64,000 bases of DNA from Pedobacter sp. (GTDB lineage: Bacteria; Desulfobacterota; Desulfuromonadia; Desulfuromonadales; Syntrophotaleaceae): NCBI GenBank assembly GCA_050253415.1, contig JBFWJC010000001.1, positions 744,679 to 808,678 of the forward strand, written 5' to 3'. Below are positions 8,916 to 18,726 of the stretch, one piece after another; within the stretch, counting starts at the first letter, position 1; every line of letters starts with the position of its first letter. Under the pieces are notes generated by a model. It had not been told where the DNA came from and searched no databases. It saw only the letters and a list, made by a program, of their open reading frames with translations. The translations under genes and the position numbers were made by a program.

Positions 8916-10331
8916 TTACAGCGAAGTCAAATCGATGCTGGTCGTGGTGTCCGCATCCCAATCTTCCCACAGATAGGTGTCTTCCTTACCGTCGGCGATC
9001 AGACGCAGGGCATAGCGTACCTGCTCTTCGTACAGTTCGCAGAATGCGCCGGGGACGTTCTGGCCACCGTTCATTTCATGCGCTTCGGCGGGGCAGGGCG
9101 AACCGCAGAAATGGCGGATTGCGCAGTTTTTACAGGGGTCGATGTTTTCCACCACGCGTTCGGTGACAGCGCGGAAGGGTTCGCTTTGCAGCACCGCCTC
9201 GATATCGTCGGTGTACAGGTTGCCGCCTTTGAAGCGTTCCACACCGACGAATTCGCTGCAGGGGAACATGTCGCCGGAGGCGGACAGGGCGAAGAAACAG
9301 CGACCACCGCCGCAGGGCGAGATGTCGCACATCAGGCGGCGGGCCGCCGGTGCCACGACGCTGACCAGCACATTGGCGAAGTTGGCCACTACCAGCTTGC
9401 GGCCGGTTTTTTCGTACAGCTCGTAGGTGCGATCGAGGGCCTTGAGGTACCACTTGGCCATTTCATGATCGAGGGGCTTGATGTCGCGCGCGCCCTGGCG
9501 GGTGCAGCGTACCTGATTGAGCATGCAGATCGGAACCTCATGCTCGTGGAAGAAATCGACCATCTCCACCAGTTTGTCCATATTCTCCTGGGTGACGGTG
9601 CAGATGACGTTGAAATTGGCGTAGCCCTTGAGTTTGTTCATGGCCCGGACCACGTGGGCGTAGACACTGTCGCCTTCCCAGGTTTTGCGGGTGCGGGTGC
9701 AGATGTCTTCGAGGTGGCTGTCGAGGGACAGACCGATGCCGATGTTGCGCTCGGTAAGAAAGGCAATAGCTTCGTCATCCAGCAATGTGCCGTTGGTCTG
9801 TACGCCGAAACGGAAATCGTCCAGGTAGGCATCGATGCCGGCAAAAACCGCTTCGCGGGCCATCATAGGCTCGGCGCCGTGGAAGATGATCTGCGGCTTG
9901 TGACCCTCGGGAACGGTGGTTTTAAAGTATTCCTTGAGGATGCCCAGGGCTTTGATCAATTCGTCCGGAGTCATGGTCTTGCCGTCGCTGCGCATGTCCT
10001 CCGGGATGTAGCAGTAGGAACAGTTGAGATTGCAGCGGTCGGTGGGGTTGAAATAGACCGCCGACGGTTTCAGGCCGAAGCGCAAAGCGTCGATCTCCTC
10101 AAGGAATTCATCGCGACGGCTCAGAAACTGCTGCATGAAAGTGCTTTCGTTGCACAGCGCCTCACCCAGTTTGTCCTTCTGGATAAGGGACCAGAACGCC
10201 GCATCGGGATCGAGCAGCGCGACATACTCGGGGTGATCGATGCTGATGGGCAGCAAGCTGGGGCCGTTGCCGGTGTTGAAGTGGATGCCGCGGGAGCAGG
10301 CCTTGTTGTCAAACGTTTTTGTCTCGGACAT
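8916..10331 (-). CDS. cbpB: Peptide-modifying radical SAM/SPASM enzyme (CbpB type)
   Basis: CNLNCSYC radical SAM motif, IIFHGAEP, SPASM cysteines (CDISPCGGGRC, FPCSEF, CKNC..RHFCGSPCPAE); GAGGAG RBS; downstream of a short peptide gene. Confidence 0.9.
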   Translation of the reverse strand: MSETKTFDNKACSRGIHFNTGNGPSLLPISIDHPEYVALLDPDAAFWSLIQKDKLGEALCNESTFMQQFLSRRDEFLEEIDALRFGLKPSAVYFNPTDRCNLNCSYCYIPEDMRSDGKTMTPDELIKALGILKEYFKTTVPEGHKPQIIFHGAEPMMAREAVFAGIDAYLDDFRFGVQTNGTLLDDEAIAFLTERNIGIGLSLDSHLEDICTRTRKTWEGDSVYAHVVRAMNKLKGYANFNVICTVTQENMDKLVEMVDFFHEHEVPICMLNQVRCTRQGARDIKPLDHEMAKWYLKALDRTYELYEKTGRKLVVANFANVLVSVVAPAARRLMCDISPCGGGRCFFALSASGDMFPCSEFVGVERFKGGNLYTDDIEAVLQSEPFRAVTERVVENIDPCKNCAIRHFCGSPCPAEAHEMNGGQNVPGAFCELYEEQVRYALRLIADGKEDTYLWEDWDADTTTSIDLTSL

Positions 10332-10413
10332 GCAGTATCTCCTCAAATAGCGATATGGTTATCGGTTCCGCACTCATATTCGGCGGTCTTATACCTGGAT
10401 TGATTTTTAGGGT

Positions 10414-10478
10414 GCGGAGCGCTCGGGAGCGCTCCGCGGGGTTTCGTTTTTATGCGAGAAAAGGGTAGTTTCTCGCAT
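10414..10478. promoter_or_regulatory. Two stem-loops between the peptide gene and its maturase
   Basis: GCGGAGCGCTC-GG-GAGCGCTCCGC (10414-10437) and ATGCGAGAAA-N7-TTTCTCGCAT (10452-10478). Confidence 0.6.
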
Positions 10479-10484
10479 GAAAAC

Positions 10485-10586
10485 TTAGTTGGTCTTCTTG
10501 TCCATCAAGATGTAATGGGAAAGACCGGTGCCGCTCGCCGTGCAGGATTTGCGGTAGGCGATGACTTCCTTGCGCTGTTGCTTCAT
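10485..10586 (-). CDS. cbpA: Modified-peptide precursor (CbpA type), 33 aa: MKQQRKEVIAYRKSCTASGTGLSHYILMDKKTN
   Basis: Not in the ORF track. Strong RBS AAAGGAGGTGA, IAYRKSC...GTGLSHYIL motif, directly upstream of the radical SAM/SPASM gene. Confidence 0.9.
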   Translation of the reverse strand: MKQQRKEVIAYRKSCTASGTGLSHYILMDKKTN

Positions 10587-10701
10587 GCAATCACCTCCTT
10601 TCTTTTTGGATGGTGGAACAAAGCTCATCCCATCTGGCTGCGACGGATGTTGTTATGTTTTGATTCCCAACTAGCAACTTCGAAATATTCTTTATCTCTT
10701 T

Positions 10702-11188
10702 ACTTCCAAGACCGCGGGGTTGCGCCCCCGCCCGTCGCCTTACTCTTTTAAAACGCGTCAAAAGAGTAAGCAGAAAAGCGCGCCCCGCCTCCTTGCCCGC
10801 CTGCGGCGGGTACCCTGCGCTACGCAACCGCCGGGCGGGCGGAGAAGATTCGCTGCGCTCAGTCCTCCGCCTGTTTCGCCCGTCGCTTGCTTCGCTCCGG
10901 CAGCGTCACAGGGGAATTCAAAATCAAAAACAAACGCAAAAGCGTTTATCAAATCTCGCAGTGCCGGTGCAGGCAACGGCTGTGCTGCGAGCTGTGCGCA
11001 TCACTTCTGCTGATAAATGCGCCCTACGAAGACGTACTGCTTATCATTTGCTGTGACCGTTAGATGTCGCATTCCGTGTCGCGACAGACATAACGGCGAA
11101 GCCAGACGTTACGTCCTTTCTTTGCTTATTTTCTTTAGACGGGTAAAGAAAGTAAGCCGGCTGCCGGCCGGGACCGGCGAAGTTGTTC
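10702..11188. repeat. Type-2 element: same outer termini as type 1, different interior
   Basis: Starts ACTTCCAAGACCGCGGGGTTGCGCCCCCGCCCG plus a TTACTCTTT...AAAGAGTAA hairpin; ends with a TTCTTTA...TAAAGAA hairpin plus CCGGCTGCCGGCCGGGACCGGCGAA. Confidence 0.88.
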
Positions 11189-11200
11189 TTTTAGTCTTTA

Positions 11201-11416
11201 AAATCAAGACCGCGGGGTCGCGCCCCCGCCCGGCGCCTTACTCTTTTAAAACGCGTCAAAAGAGTAAGCAGAAAAGCGCGCCCCGCCTCCTTGCCCGCCT
11301 GCGGCGGGTACCCTGCGCTACGCAACCGCCAGGCGGGCGGAGAAGATTCGCTGCGCTCAGTCCTCCGCCTGTTTCGCCTGCCGATTGCTTCGCTCCGGCA
11401 GCGTCACAGGGGACTC
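11201..11416. repeat. Type-2 element, second copy of the B-half
   Basis: Near-identical to 10707-10915. Confidence 0.9.
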
Positions 11417-11440
11417 AACGGCAAAGACGGAGAGTCAAAT

Positions 11441-12115
11441 TCAAAAAGACTGTCTTCCCAACGCCAACTCACACAGAGCATGAATCACGCTGACCGCCAG
11501 CGGCGAACCGCCGCGCCGTCCTTCGATGGTGATGTAAGGCACGCCCATCTCCATCAATTCCTGTTTGCTTTCCACCACGTGAACGAATCCGACCGGCATG
11601 CCGATGACCAGTGCCGGACGCAGATCGGTTTCCTGGATCAGCCGGTTGAGTTCAAGAAGTGCGACCGGCGCATTGCCGAATACCGCGATGCCGCCGTGGA
11701 GTTGCTGTTCGGCTTTGCGCACGGCGTAAAGCGAACGTGGCAGGCTGGCCTGCCGTGCTTTTTCGGCGACGTCGGCATCGGCCACGTGGCACAGGATCGA
11801 CTCCGGCTGGTACGTGGGACATACCTTTTTCAGGCGTGCCAGCGACAGGCCCGACCGGATCATGTTGGAATCGGCGTAGATGGGCGCCCCGCCGCGCAGC
11901 GCCTGGCAGGCCGCATCGATGGCGTCGGGTGAAAAGCGCACCATGTCGAGCAGGGAAAAGTCAGCGGTGGTATGCACCATACGTCGCACCACCGGCCATT
12001 GCTCCGGCGTGAAGGTGTGGGCCGGTGCTTCCTGGTCGATGATAGCCAGGGAGCGGTCTTCGATCTGTTGCCCGCTTAAGGGGTTGTTCAGTAAATCGTG
12101 GATCAACGGTTTCAT
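11441..12115 (-). CDS. cbiC: Cobalt-precorrin-8 methylmutase
   Basis: IEDRSLAII, RRMVHTTAD, GNAPVAL, IGMPVGFVHVVESK, GRRGGS. Confidence 0.96.
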   Translation of the reverse strand: MKPLIHDLLNNPLSGQQIEDRSLAIIDQEAPAHTFTPEQWPVVRRMVHTTADFSLLDMVRFSPDAIDAACQALRGGAPIYADSNMIRSGLSLARLKKVCPTYQPESILCHVADADVAEKARQASLPRSLYAVRKAEQQLHGGIAVFGNAPVALLELNRLIQETDLRPALVIGMPVGFVHVVESKQELMEMGVPYITIEGRRGGSPLAVSVIHALCELALGRQSF

Positions 12116-13494
12116 GATTCTCCTCGGCAAAAATCGATAAAAGCCCTTGCCGCGCCGGGGCGGCTGGCAAAATGGACGTGGACATAGCTGGCGAACAGGC
12201 GGCTGCGTTGATAGCCTTCCGCTACCGGTTTGCCGGCGCGGCGATAGCTGACCTGCCAGGCGCTCTGCCAGTCCGGGGTGGCCGGTTCGGCAATGGCTTC
12301 GGAATAATGGAATTCGTGGCCGCGCAGGCAGGTGCCGGCAGCTCCGAAAGGCCCATCGGCAAGCTGGCGAACTTCCGCATAGCCAAGCCGCTTGCGGGTG
12401 GCCAGCATGCGGGTGGCAAAGGGCAGGGCTCCGGTCATGGCATGTCGGCTGCCGTCACGCAGTTCGATCCCTTCGGACAGGTACATGAGTCCGCCGCATT
12501 CGGCGTAGATCGGGCGGTTGGCGACGGCGAAAGCGGCCACGGCCTTGCGCATGGTGTGATTGGCTTCCAGCGTGGCGGCATGTTCCTCGGGATAGCCACC
12601 GCCAAGGAACAGAGCATCCAGATCGGCGGGCAGCGTGTTGTCATGCAGGGGGGAAAACCGCACCAGGGTCGCGCCGGCTTCTTCCAAAGCCTGAAGGTTG
12701 TCCGGATAGTAGAAATGGAACGCTTCATCAAACGCCAGGCCAATGCGAATCGGCCGATCTTGGTTGCCGGAGTCCGACGAAACGGGGATAGTCGGGCCTG
12801 ACGGTACCTTTTCGGCAAGGCCGAGGATGCGCGGCATGTCGAGCTGCCGTTCAACGGCGTCGGCCAGACTGTTCAGTGCTTCGGTCGTCAAATTCTGACG
12901 GTCTGCGGTGACCAGACCCAGATGGCGGCTGGGCAAGGTCGGCAGGGAATCCCGCATGACCGCTCCGGCCAGCGGCGGCAGGCCGACGGCGGCCAGGGCG
13001 TCCCCCAGCCAGTCGGCATGGCGCGCCGACCCGCAGCGGTTGGCGATGGCACCAGCCAGGTGCAGCTCGGGGTCGAATTCGGCGTACCCTTTGACCAGGG
13101 CGGCCAGGCTGCGGGCCATGCCATGGGCGTTGACCACCAGCAGTACCGGTGCGTCGAGCCAGCGGGCGATTTCTGCGGTACTGCCCTGGGCGCTTGCCGG
13201 GTCAGCGCCATCGAACAGGCCCATGACCCCCTCGATAATGGCGATATCCGCATCGGCACTGGCTTTTGCAAACCGTTCCTGCACGTAGTCGGGGCCGCAC
13301 ATCCAGCCGTCGAGGTTGATACAGGGACGACCGCTGGCCAGCGACAGCCAGGTGGGGTCGAGGAAGTCGGGTCCGACCTTGAAGGTCTGGACGTTCAAGC
13401 CCCGCCGGCGCAGGGCGGCTGTCAGCCCCAGAGTCAGGGAGGTTTTGCCGACGCCGCTGGAGGTGCCGGCGATGACCAGTCTTGGACAACTCAT
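12112..13494 (-). CDS. cbiA: Cobyrinate a,c-diamide synthase
   Basis: AGTSSGVGKT, FKVGPDFLDP, IEGVMGLFDG, LPSRHLGL, AECGG, GHEFHYS. Confidence 0.97.
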   Translation of the reverse strand: MSCPRLVIAGTSSGVGKTSLTLGLTAALRRRGLNVQTFKVGPDFLDPTWLSLASGRPCINLDGWMCGPDYVQERFAKASADADIAIIEGVMGLFDGADPASAQGSTAEIARWLDAPVLLVVNAHGMARSLAALVKGYAEFDPELHLAGAIANRCGSARHADWLGDALAAVGLPPLAGAVMRDSLPTLPSRHLGLVTADRQNLTTEALNSLADAVERQLDMPRILGLAEKVPSGPTIPVSSDSGNQDRPIRIGLAFDEAFHFYYPDNLQALEEAGATLVRFSPLHDNTLPADLDALFLGGGYPEEHAATLEANHTMRKAVAAFAVANRPIYAECGGLMYLSEGIELRDGSRHAMTGALPFATRMLATRKRLGYAEVRQLADGPFGAAGTCLRGHEFHYSEAIAEPATPDWQSAWQVSYRRAGKPVAEGYQRSRLFASYVHVHFASRPGAARAFIDFCRGES

Positions 13495-13496
13495 AG

Positions 13497-14027
13497 TCAG
13501 AACTCCACCCCGGATTGGGCCGGCCTGCCTTGTTGCAGACCGTGCTTGACGCAGCGCATTTCGGTGACGGTATCGGCCAGTTCGATGAGTGTTTCCGTTG
13601 CGTGACGGCCGGTCAGGGCCAGACGCAGCCGTGCAGGGGCCTGCCGCAGCAATTCGGCCACCTCTTCTTCTTCCAGCAGACCGGCGGCGATGGCGCCGCA
13701 GATCTCGTCGAGTACCACCAGATTGTAGTCATCGGACAGGACCGCTTCGCGGGCCAGGGCCAACCCTTCCTTGGCAACCCTTTGATGATCTTCAAACCTC
13801 GGATCGTCACGTCGTTTCGGCACGAACCCGAGACCACGCCGCACGAATTCCACCCCCGGCAATTTTTGCAGGGCGGCGATTTCGCCGCTGCCGGTATCCG
13901 ATTTGAGAAACTGCACGACCTTGGTGCGCATGCCGTGGCTGCTGGCTCTCAGCGCCATGCCCATAGCGGCGGTGGTTTTGCCTTTGCCGTCGCCGGTGAA
14001 GATGAGGATGCGTGGTTTGTCGTTCAT
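13497..14027 (-). CDS. cobO: Cob(I)yrinic acid a,c-diamide adenosyltransferase (CobO/BtuR family)
   Basis: TGDGKGKTTAAMG, QFLK, VVLDE, LTGR, ADTVTEM. Confidence 0.96.
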   Translation of the reverse strand: MNDKPRILIFTGDGKGKTTAAMGMALRASSHGMRTKVVQFLKSDTGSGEIAALQKLPGVEFVRRGLGFVPKRRDDPRFEDHQRVAKEGLALAREAVLSDDYNLVVLDEICGAIAAGLLEEEEVAELLRQAPARLRLALTGRHATETLIELADTVTEMRCVKHGLQQGRPAQSGVEF

Positions 14028-14078
14028 TGTCGGTAAACTCTCGTATTTTTATGACTGTGATTTATGGTCTTTTCTTCC

Positions 14079-14184
14079 ACCACGAAGGGCACGAAAATCA
14101 CGAAGAAAGACTTACAAAAAAACAAGATTTCTTTATCCAAAAAAAGCCCGGTTTACCCTTCGTGTTCTCTGTGCTCTTCGTGGT
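14079..14184. repeat. REP-like inverted repeat with 9-nt-periodic arms (CACGAA units)
   Basis: ACCACGAAGGGCACGAAAATCACGAAG (14079-14105) pairs imperfectly with CTTCGTGTTCTCTGTGCTCTTCGTGGT (14158-14184). Confidence 0.8.
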
Positions 14185-14225
14185 TAAAAGAGACCAGTAG
14201 CTTAAAGTCAGGGATGTGTCTCCCC

Positions 14226-15185
14226 TTAGTTGGTCGTTAGCCATATCCACCCGAATCTCATGCTCAAAAATGCCAGCGCCGCCAACAGCGAAGTGAGCAG
14301 CATCAGCTGCACCGCTGCTGCAATGTGCCGGGATGCCAATGGTTGCCCGGCATCGCCAAAATAGGGCATGTCGGTCAGTTTGCCCTGGCGGTAGACCGGA
14401 CCGCCCAGTTGAATCTCCAGGGCGCCGGCGGTGGCGGCTTCGCTCCAGCCTGAGTTGGGGCTGGGATGGTTGCGCCAGTCGCGCAGGGCGATGCGCCAGG
14501 TGTGTTTCGGGCGCAGGCCGAGCAGGGCGGCTGCGGTTACCGTGATCGGCAGGGTCAGGCGCGCCGGCAGGTAGTTGAGCACGTCGTCAAAGCGGGCCGA
14601 GGCCCAGCCGAACTGCAGGTAACGTTCGTTTTTGTAGCCGAAGGTCGAGTCGAGGGTGCTGGCGGCCTTGTACGCCAGGGCGCCGATCGGACCGAGCAGC
14701 ACCGCCCAGAACAGCGGCGCGGTGACGCCATCCACGGTGTTTTCCGCCACGCTTTCCACCGCCGCACGCACTACCCCGGACCGGTCGAGAGGAGCGGTGT
14801 CGCGGCCGACCAGCCAGCCGACGCGTTGCCGGGCCAGTTCCAGGTTGCCAAGGCGCAGGGCCTTGAGAACCTGCCAGGCGTGCACGGCCAGGTCGCGGGC
14901 GGCGAAGCAGGTCGAGAGCAGCAGGATGCCCAGGGCGTCACCCGCCCAGGGGTGCAGGCGGTATGCTGCGGTAAGCAGCAGGGTGGACACTCCTGCCGTG
15001 GTGGCGACGACGATCATGGTCGTGACGATGCCGGCCAATCGCGGATTGGTAATACTGCGGCGCAGCGGGGCTTCCAGGGCCATGGCCAGCCGTCCCATGC
15101 CTTTGACCGGATGCGGCAGGCGGCGCGGGTCGCCCCACAGCAGATCGAGGCCGATGGCGGCCAGTATCTGCATCTCGAGAGTCAT
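14226..15185 (-). CDS. cbiB: Adenosylcobinamide-phosphate synthase
   Basis: [47 protein letters not shown]. Confidence 0.96.
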   Translation of the reverse strand: MTLEMQILAAIGLDLLWGDPRRLPHPVKGMGRLAMALEAPLRRSITNPRLAGIVTTMIVVATTAGVSTLLLTAAYRLHPWAGDALGILLLSTCFAARDLAVHAWQVLKALRLGNLELARQRVGWLVGRDTAPLDRSGVVRAAVESVAENTVDGVTAPLFWAVLLGPIGALAYKAASTLDSTFGYKNERYLQFGWASARFDDVLNYLPARLTLPITVTAAALLGLRPKHTWRIALRDWRNHPSPNSGWSEAATAGALEIQLGGPVYRQGKLTDMPYFGDAGQPLASRHIAAAVQLMLLTSLLAALAFLSMRFGWIWLTTN

Positions 15186-17776
15186 CGCAACCCCATAAGG
15201 CGATAGATGGCGGGGATGTCGAGACTTTGGCGCACGGCGTCGGCCAGCCGTTCAAAAGCCGGTTCCAGATCGTAGCTGGCCTGGATGGTGCCGAGGGGCT
15301 TGAGACCCTTGCGTTGCCGCAAACGGTCGATGAACCAGCGGCGGAAACCATCGGCGTCGAGCAGGCCGTGCAGATAGCTGCCCCAAAGCAGGCCGTCGCT
15401 GCGGCAGGCGCCCATGGCCTGTCCGCTGCTGCCGATCAGAGCTGGCGGAATGTCTTCTGCCCGGCTCTGGCCATGATGGATTTCGTAGCCGAAGACTTTC
15501 ATGCCGGAAATGCGGTGGCGGGCTTCGGTGCGCGTCAGGGTTTTGTCCTGCTCGAGAACCGTGTCGATGGGAAGCAGCCCGAGACCGACCAACTCGGTTC
15601 CCGGTGATTCGATGCCATGCGGATCGTTGATCGAACGACCGAGAATCTGGTAACCGCCGCAAATGCCGACGATTTCACAGCGGCCCGCGGCGGCCAGCTC
15701 TTGCAGACTGCGGTCGAGGCCGACGGCGCGCAGAAAGGTCAGGTCGCCGATGACGTTTTTGCTGCCCGGCAGGATCACGGCATCCGGGCGACCAAGATCC
15801 TGTACGCGTCGTACGATGCGCAAGCGGACATCCGGTTCGATGCGCAGCGGTTCCACATCGGTGAAATTGGAAATGTGCGGCAGGTCGAGCACGACGATAT
15901 CTACGCCGTCGTCCGCGGAACGCTGGTCGTCGAACAGACCGGACTTGAAGCCGACGGAATCTTCTTCCGGCAGGCCCAGATCCTTCAGGTAGGGCACCAC
16001 CCCGAATACCGGACGTCCGGTGTGCTCCAGGGTGTAATCGAGCGCATCTTTGAGCAGGCTGGCCTGACCCCGAAACCGGTTGACGACGAATCCGGCGATC
16101 TGGGCGCGTTCACTTTCCGACAGGACTTCCATGGAACCGACAAACGAAGCGAAAACGCCGCCGCGGTCGATATCGCCGACCATCAGCACCGGAGCTTTTG
16201 CATACTGGGCCATTTTCATGTTGACGATGTCATGGGCCTTGAGATTGACCTCGGCAGGGCTGCCGGCGCCTTCCAGTACCACGGCGTCATACCCGGCGGC
16301 CAAAGAGTCGTAGGATTCCTTGACCCGTTCGAAGGCTTCGGCCTTGTAACGGAAATATTCCATGACTTTCATATTGCCGACCGGTTTGCCGCAAACGATC
16401 ACCTGGCTGCCGGTGTCGCTGCTCGGCTTGAGCAGGATGGGGTTCATGCGCACGTCCGGATCCAGTCGCGCGGCCTGGGCCTGCACGACCTGGGCGCGCC
16501 CCATCTCTCCGCCGTCGCGGGTGACGAAGGAGTTCAACGACATGTTCTGGGCTTTGAACGGCGCCACCCGGTAGCCGTCCTGCAGCATGATGCGGCACAG
16601 GGCGGCGGCCAGAACACTCTTGCCCGCATTGGAACTGGTGCCCTGGAACATGATGGCCGGTGTATGGTGGCGGGTGGTGATCAGGGGCGCCATGAAAAGT
16701 TCCTGGCGCAGAGCTTCGACCAGTTGCTGGTTTTCGGGTTCGGTGCGCACCGCGATCCGGAAGAAACGTCGGTCAAGGCCTTCGAAATTATCGCAGACCC
16801 GGATGGCCAGGCCGCGTTTGAGTAATCGCGCAGCCAGGGCGGGTGCGTCCATGGAGGTGCGATCACAGCGCACCAGCATGAAATTTGCCTGCCCCGGATA
16901 GACCTTCAGGTAGGGAATCTGCTCCAGTTGCATACGCAATTTGTCGCGCAGAACACCGATGGCGGCCCGTGACTGTTGGGTGTACTCGGTATCGAGCAAG
17001 GCAGCCTCGCCGACCTTCTGGGCGATCGTATTGACCGACCAGGGGGGTTGCAGAGATTTGACCTTCTGCACGGTTGACGGCGAAGCCACGGCCAGGCCCA
17101 GGCGCAATCCGGGGATGGCGAAAATCTTGGTCAGAGACAGCATTACCACGACATTGCCGGGGCGGTTGACGGTGAGGCTGTCGAAATCTTCCACAAAATC
17201 GGCAAAAGCCTCATCCACGATAAAGGTCGCGTTAGGGAAACGCCGCGCCAGATGCCGTAGGCGATGCGCGTCGAAGGTCCGGCCCGTCGGATTGTTGGGT
17301 TGACCCAGGGGCACCATGGTGGGGGTGTCCGCCAATGCCTTCAAGGCTGCTTCGACCTGATCGAAGTCGAGGGCGAAGCCGGTTTCTTCTGACATAGGCA
17401 GAATGTGAATTCTCAAACCGGCGACACGCGCGGCACTTGCGTAATCGACATAGCTCGGCACCGGGATGAGTGCCTGCCGAACCTTGAGAGCATGGGGAAG
17501 CAGGTAAAACAGCTCGGTGGAACCGTTGCCGATAAGAATCTCGTCAGGATTTACGCCATAACGCTCGCAAGCGGCCTCGACCAATGCCTGGCCCTCAGGG
17601 TCGGGGTAGTGCACCAACGAGCTGATGCTGCCACTGATGCGGGCGCGCAACCACTCGGGGGGGCCCAGAGGGTTGATGTTGGCCGAAAAGTCGCGCAGTG
17701 ATTCGGGGTTCACACCGGCGGTCATGGCCAATTGTCGCAGGTGGCCTCCGTGTCGCCAGTTGCCGGATTCCGTCAT
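15182..17776 (-). CDS. cbiP: Fusion of threonine-phosphate decarboxylase CobD and cobyric acid synthase CbiP/CobQ
   Basis: N-half [39 protein letters not shown]-half [39 protein letters not shown]. Confidence 0.95.
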   Translation of the reverse strand: MTESGNWRHGGHLRQLAMTAGVNPESLRDFSANINPLGPPEWLRARISGSISSLVHYPDPEGQALVEAACERYGVNPDEILIGNGSTELFYLLPHALKVRQALIPVPSYVDYASAARVAGLRIHILPMSEETGFALDFDQVEAALKALADTPTMVPLGQPNNPTGRTFDAHRLRHLARRFPNATFIVDEAFADFVEDFDSLTVNRPGNVVVMLSLTKIFAIPGLRLGLAVASPSTVQKVKSLQPPWSVNTIAQKVGEAALLDTEYTQQSRAAIGVLRDKLRMQLEQIPYLKVYPGQANFMLVRCDRTSMDAPALAARLLKRGLAIRVCDNFEGLDRRFFRIAVRTEPENQQLVEALRQELFMAPLITTRHHTPAIMFQGTSSNAGKSVLAAALCRIMLQDGYRVAPFKAQNMSLNSFVTRDGGEMGRAQVVQAQAARLDPDVRMNPILLKPSSDTGSQVIVCGKPVGNMKVMEYFRYKAEAFERVKESYDSLAAGYDAVVLEGAGSPAEVNLKAHDIVNMKMAQYAKAPVLMVGDIDRGGVFASFVGSMEVLSESERAQIAGFVVNRFRGQASLLKDALDYTLEHTGRPVFGVVPYLKDLGLPEEDSVGFKSGLFDDQRSADDGVDIVVLDLPHISNFTDVEPLRIEPDVRLRIVRRVQDLGRPDAVILPGSKNVIGDLTFLRAVGLDRSLQELAAAGRCEIVGICGGYQILGRSINDPHGIESPGTELVGLGLLPIDTVLEQDKTLTRTEARHRISGMKVFGYEIHHGQSRAEDIPPALIGSSGQAMGACRSDGLLWGSYLHGLLDADGFRRWFIDRLRQRKGLKPLGTIQASYDLEPAFERLADAVRQSLDIPAIYRLMGLR

Positions 17777-17813
17777 GGTTTTATCCTTTTTATAGTTTCA
17801 ATCTGCTCTATCA

Positions 17814-18349
17814 ACTACAAGACCGCGGGGTTGCGCCCCCGCCCGGCGCCTTACTTTTTGTCCAAGCCAACAAAAAGTAAGCAAAAAATGGCTTTCCCCT
17901 GCGGGGGGCAATGTGGTCACGACAGGTGGAAGATTCCACGACGATGGCGTCAACCCATCGTGCCACTGGTTTCTTGGTACTGTTTCTCTTACGCAGGTTA
18001 CTGAATCGAGATGGCCATTACTCCTCTTGCGAAATGGGCAGCAAGGTGTAGTTGAGTGAAAAGCCTAGGCAAAACCTCAACCCAAATCTTCGCCGAGCCG
18101 GAACTCGGTGTGTCTTTACACGCAGCGACGGTGTTGAAAAGATCCTCCTTCACCGGTGGCAAATCAACTCTGGTGGTAAGTGGAGCGCCCGCAGACGCGC
18201 CATTCCAGGATCGCTGCGCCGGTTCGCAAAGCCATCTCTTTTTCGCGCTAGTGGTGTCGGCGCAGCCAAGGCCATTTCTTTGGATACTTTCTTTGGGGCC
18301 TTGCAAAGAAAGTATCCCGGCTGCCGGCCGGGACCGGCGAAGTTGAAGT
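17814..18349. repeat. Type-1 element, full copy
   Basis: Aligns over its full length with 4935-5469. Confidence 0.93.
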
Positions 18350-18382
18350 TAAGGTTTCAAGGCTTCCGACAACCAAACACCA

Positions 18383-18718
18383 ACTTCCAGACCGCGGGGT
18401 CGCGCCCCCGCCCGGCGCCTTACTTTTTGTCCAAGCCAACAAAAAGTAAGCAAAAAATGGCTTTCCCCTGCGGGGGGCAATGTGGTCGCGAAGGGTGACG
18501 AATCCTATAATCCTTGCGTTAATTGATCATGCCGCTGGTTTCTTGAAACTGTCCCTCTTGCGAGAGGGATAGCTAAAGAGAGCATTTACTCCTCCTGCGA
18601 TGTGGTCATTAAGGTGTTATTGGGTGAAAAGCTTAAGCAAATCCTCAACCCATAACATCAGCAATACCGGTTTGCCGGTGTGTCCTTACCTGCCGGCCGG
18701 GACCGGCGAACTTGAAGT
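18383..18718. repeat. Type-1 element, diverged copy lacking ~200 bp including the A-end hairpin
   Basis: Intact B-end; interior jumps from GTGTGTCCTTAC to CTGCCGGCCGGGACCGGCGAACTTGAAGT. Confidence 0.88.
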
Positions 18719-18726
18719 CAAGGTTC

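Noticed and set aside
8889..10403. 504-aa plus-strand ORF
   Set aside because: Antisense shadow of the radical SAM gene.
1808..18718. ORFs inside the repeat elements (e.g. 5032-5283, 8010-8447, 2064-2246) as a real protein family
   Set aside because: The shared frame is broken by stops in the 17814 and 18383 copies, there is no consistent start or RBS, and the similarity follows from DNA identity.
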